Positions 61,474-64,000 of a stretch of DNA of 64,000 bases are shown here, piece after piece. The stretch spans positions 59,086,001-59,150,000 of the forward strand of contig NC_043005.1 in assembly GCF_006345805.1 (NCBI RefSeq). The letters run 5' to 3'. Under the pieces are notes generated by a model. It made no database searches. It was not told the DNA's origin and saw nothing but the letters and a program-made list of their open reading frames with translations. The stretch's first letter is position 1; each line of letters opens with the position of its first letter. The DNA comes from Octopus sinensis (lineage: Eukaryota). The position numbers and the translations under genes were made by a program.

Positions 61474-61638
61474 GCTTTCTGTCTGTCTGTCTGTCTGTCG
61501 GTCTGTGTGTCTGCCTGTCTCTCTCTTTCTCTGTGTATACATACATACATTCATACATACATACATACATACACACATATATATGTATGTATATATATGT
61601 ATATATGTATATGTATACACACACACACGTGCACACAC

Positions 61639-61690
<52 letters not shown>
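61375..61690. repeat. Compound (TATC)/(TGTC)/(TACA)/(TA) microsatellite
   Basis: Direct inspection. Confidence 0.9.
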
Positions 61691-61691
<1 letters not shown>

Positions 61692-62399
61692 TCAGATTTT
61701 GTGCTTGAAGCAACTAAACTATGTAAACATTATCAATACTTAATGAGTGTGTAATGGTAATGGCCACAAAGCTGCAGTATTTCATCAAAGAGAAAGCCCT
61801 TTAAAGATGCTTTTGCATCCCATCAAATAGTTTTTACTCTATTTGTATATATATCTTTAGCAGGATGAGGTGGGTTGTGTCAGAAGTGGAATGTGTGCTG
61901 CTGAAGAGTGGAAATGACTGAGAAATATTAGTATCTATTGCTCTCTTTCACATTCAGAGTGATTTCATTTCACCTAGATTTAGATATGCTGTGTTGTTAA
62001 ACAAGCTACATCTTTGAAAGGATTGTCTCCCTTAAACAAAATACTGCAGCTATGTAGTGTTTACTAAAGCATCTGGATTACCAAATAAACCTGGTGAGTA
62101 GAGGATTGCATAACAGAGAGGATTAACATAACAGAGAAATTTCTCTCATCAGCTGCCCATCAGATAACCTCATGATTTTAACATCTTAAGGTATGTTTCT
62201 TTACAAAGATATATTTCTTGTAGAACTTGTGAAATACTGTAAAAACTGATGTTGTGTTTGTAGGTGTAACTTAGCAATTTAATAAATAGAGATTGGAACT
62301 GATAAGTCGAAAAACCAAGCTGTAGTAAGTACTAACATTGAAGTTGATGAAGATGCCCCAGACTGACATAGACATAGGATTGTCATCAGTAAATTAATA

Positions 62400-63145
62400 T
62401 AAGAACAAGAGCACTCAGAGAGTGCAAACCTCTTCCAAGGCAACTCCAATGTCCTCTCAATGATTAGCTAGAGATTATTTTTTAAAATAGGAATATCTGA
62501 AATAAACTGGACTGCTCTCACAAACGAAAATACTAAAAATGAACCCAACCACTCTCAAATGGAAAAATAATCCAAATGTCTATATACTGAGTGAGAAGTG
62601 AAGGGAGAGGTGAGGAAACACTGATACAGTGAAGGAGAAGTAGTGAGAGTAATAGCCATGACTGAGAGAGTGTAAGAGAAAATAATGACAATGAGGAAGA
62701 CAAAATGAAGTGGCAAAGAGAGTGTTGTATGAATGAGAAAGAAAGGGGTGATAGATGAATAATGAAGGAAAAAGTGAAAAAGTTGATAAATGGCATTTGA
62801 AATGTGAGTATATGTATGTGTAAAATATAGGTATGTTTGTGTGTGTGTGTGTGTGTGTGTACAATGGAAATGGGATGGTTATGTTCAATGCTGAAAATGT
62901 GTGAGCATGTGTATGTGTGTGTGTGTGTGTACAAGAGAACTATGTGAAACTTTACATATATATGTAAAGTAAAACAAAAATCAGAAAAATAATCCAGAAT
63001 CCTTATATCTAATGAGACTGTGCCAGTCACAAGGCCAAACATCCCTGAAAGTTTCATCCAAATCCATCCAGCGGTTCTTGAGATATCTTGTCCATGGACA
63101 AAACAAACACAACTGAAAATAATACCTCCGCCTTCGCTAACTAGA
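62400..63145 (+). mobile_element. Helentron/DINE-1-like non-autonomous element
   Basis: 5' ACAAGAGCACTCAGAGAGTGCAAACCTCTTCCAAGGC, internal (TG)n, 3' block homologous to 5680-5905 ending AATACCTCCGCCTTCGC. Confidence 0.5.
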
Positions 63146-64000
63146 CTGAACAACAAAAGTATGAGGTTTTCTATGTTGCTGTATATAAGTGTACAAACTT
63201 CACTTGCAAACTGAACAAAACGCAAACATTAGAATTGCTACCAAACTTTATAAAGTTTCATTTCTCACTGTGTTTGCGATGAGAACTGTAAAAACTCAAT
63301 TATAGTGAATCAATAGCGCATACATATCCCAAAGGCACAACTTTCAGTCAATTTACTGTCAGAGTTAGTTTAATCAGTTATCAATTTTTGTTTTTCTATA
63401 TTTTCCAAATGTCTAAAATGTGACAAGGCGATCAAAACCTAGTAATTTTCTTGCTCTTGTTATTTTCCCCGCATTTCAACATTATAGAATGGTGGCTTAG
63501 ACATAATTATTACTATTTATTTATTTATTTATTTATTTATTTTTCTGTTTTTTCAAAATATCTGTGTATATGATAACAGAAAAATGTAGGCAGCAATAGT
63601 TACGAGAAGAAAAGTAAACGGGATTACGTTTGCTTACTCAGCACTTGAATATATTTGCAAATAAATCCACTATTCTTATTACCATTAAGCATGTTTCCCT
63701 TTTTCTGGTGTATTTATTTTATAGTAGACTAAGTGAGAAAAACTATTCACATCTTTCTTTCTTTCTTTCTGTCTGTCTTTCCCTCTTTCTCTTTCTCTTT
63801 CTCTTACTCTTTCTCTCACTTGTCTGGGTAAATTATCGGAAATAAAAATTATTTTATGCAGCTAAATGTAGAATTACTTTTAGGCCTGTTAGCTATATGA
63901 ATCCCATTAATTTCCTGAAAAACTAAATACTGTACACAGTGTTCTCTCAAGCTTATATGTATGGTATATGGTAAAATCCAAGGAAGAGAAAAAGAGGAAG

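Noticed and set aside
62533-63225. 230-aa ORF, longest in the window
   Set aside because: Antisense read-through of a Helentron-like repeat and (TG)n; its start is homologous to the equally spurious ORF at 5770-6015
1675-63845. Most ORFs in the six-frame track (poly-IY, HT, CV, N, H, P, G)
   Set aside because: Translations of microsatellites or antisense frames of SINEs; no coding signal

Overview
AT-rich, microsatellite-dense eukaryotic DNA. The SINE/LINE repertoire points to an octopod cephalopod (Octopus-like; inference, not database-checked). I cannot support any intact host gene, rRNA, tRNA or CRISPR array. The ORF track consists of microsatellite read-through artefacts and transposon remnants. 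The window looks like intron or intergenic DNA built from mobile elements. These include three tRNA-headed SINE families (Nin/Deu-like, CORE-like, Meta/V-like; about 30 copies), RTE-clade LINE 3' ends, REL-endonuclease LINE fragments (R4/Dong-like, HERO-like), a Tx1/L1-like 3' end, a full-length but frameshifted irritans-type mariner, other mariner/hAT/piggyBac-type remnants and MITEs, two Helitron RepHel fragments, Helentron-like non-autonomous elements and Penelope-like (PLE) remnants. The most notable signal is invisible to the ORF track: about nine hammerhead-ribozyme-like motifs from several unrelated sequence families. The best case is a ~340-bp HHR-bearing unit in inverted plus tandem arrangement (45.8-46.6 kb), directly upstream of a decayed PLE GIY-YIG ORF. 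Several long fold-back or inverted repeats are candidate dsRNA substrates. Coordinates of degenerate elements are approximate (about +/-20 bp).
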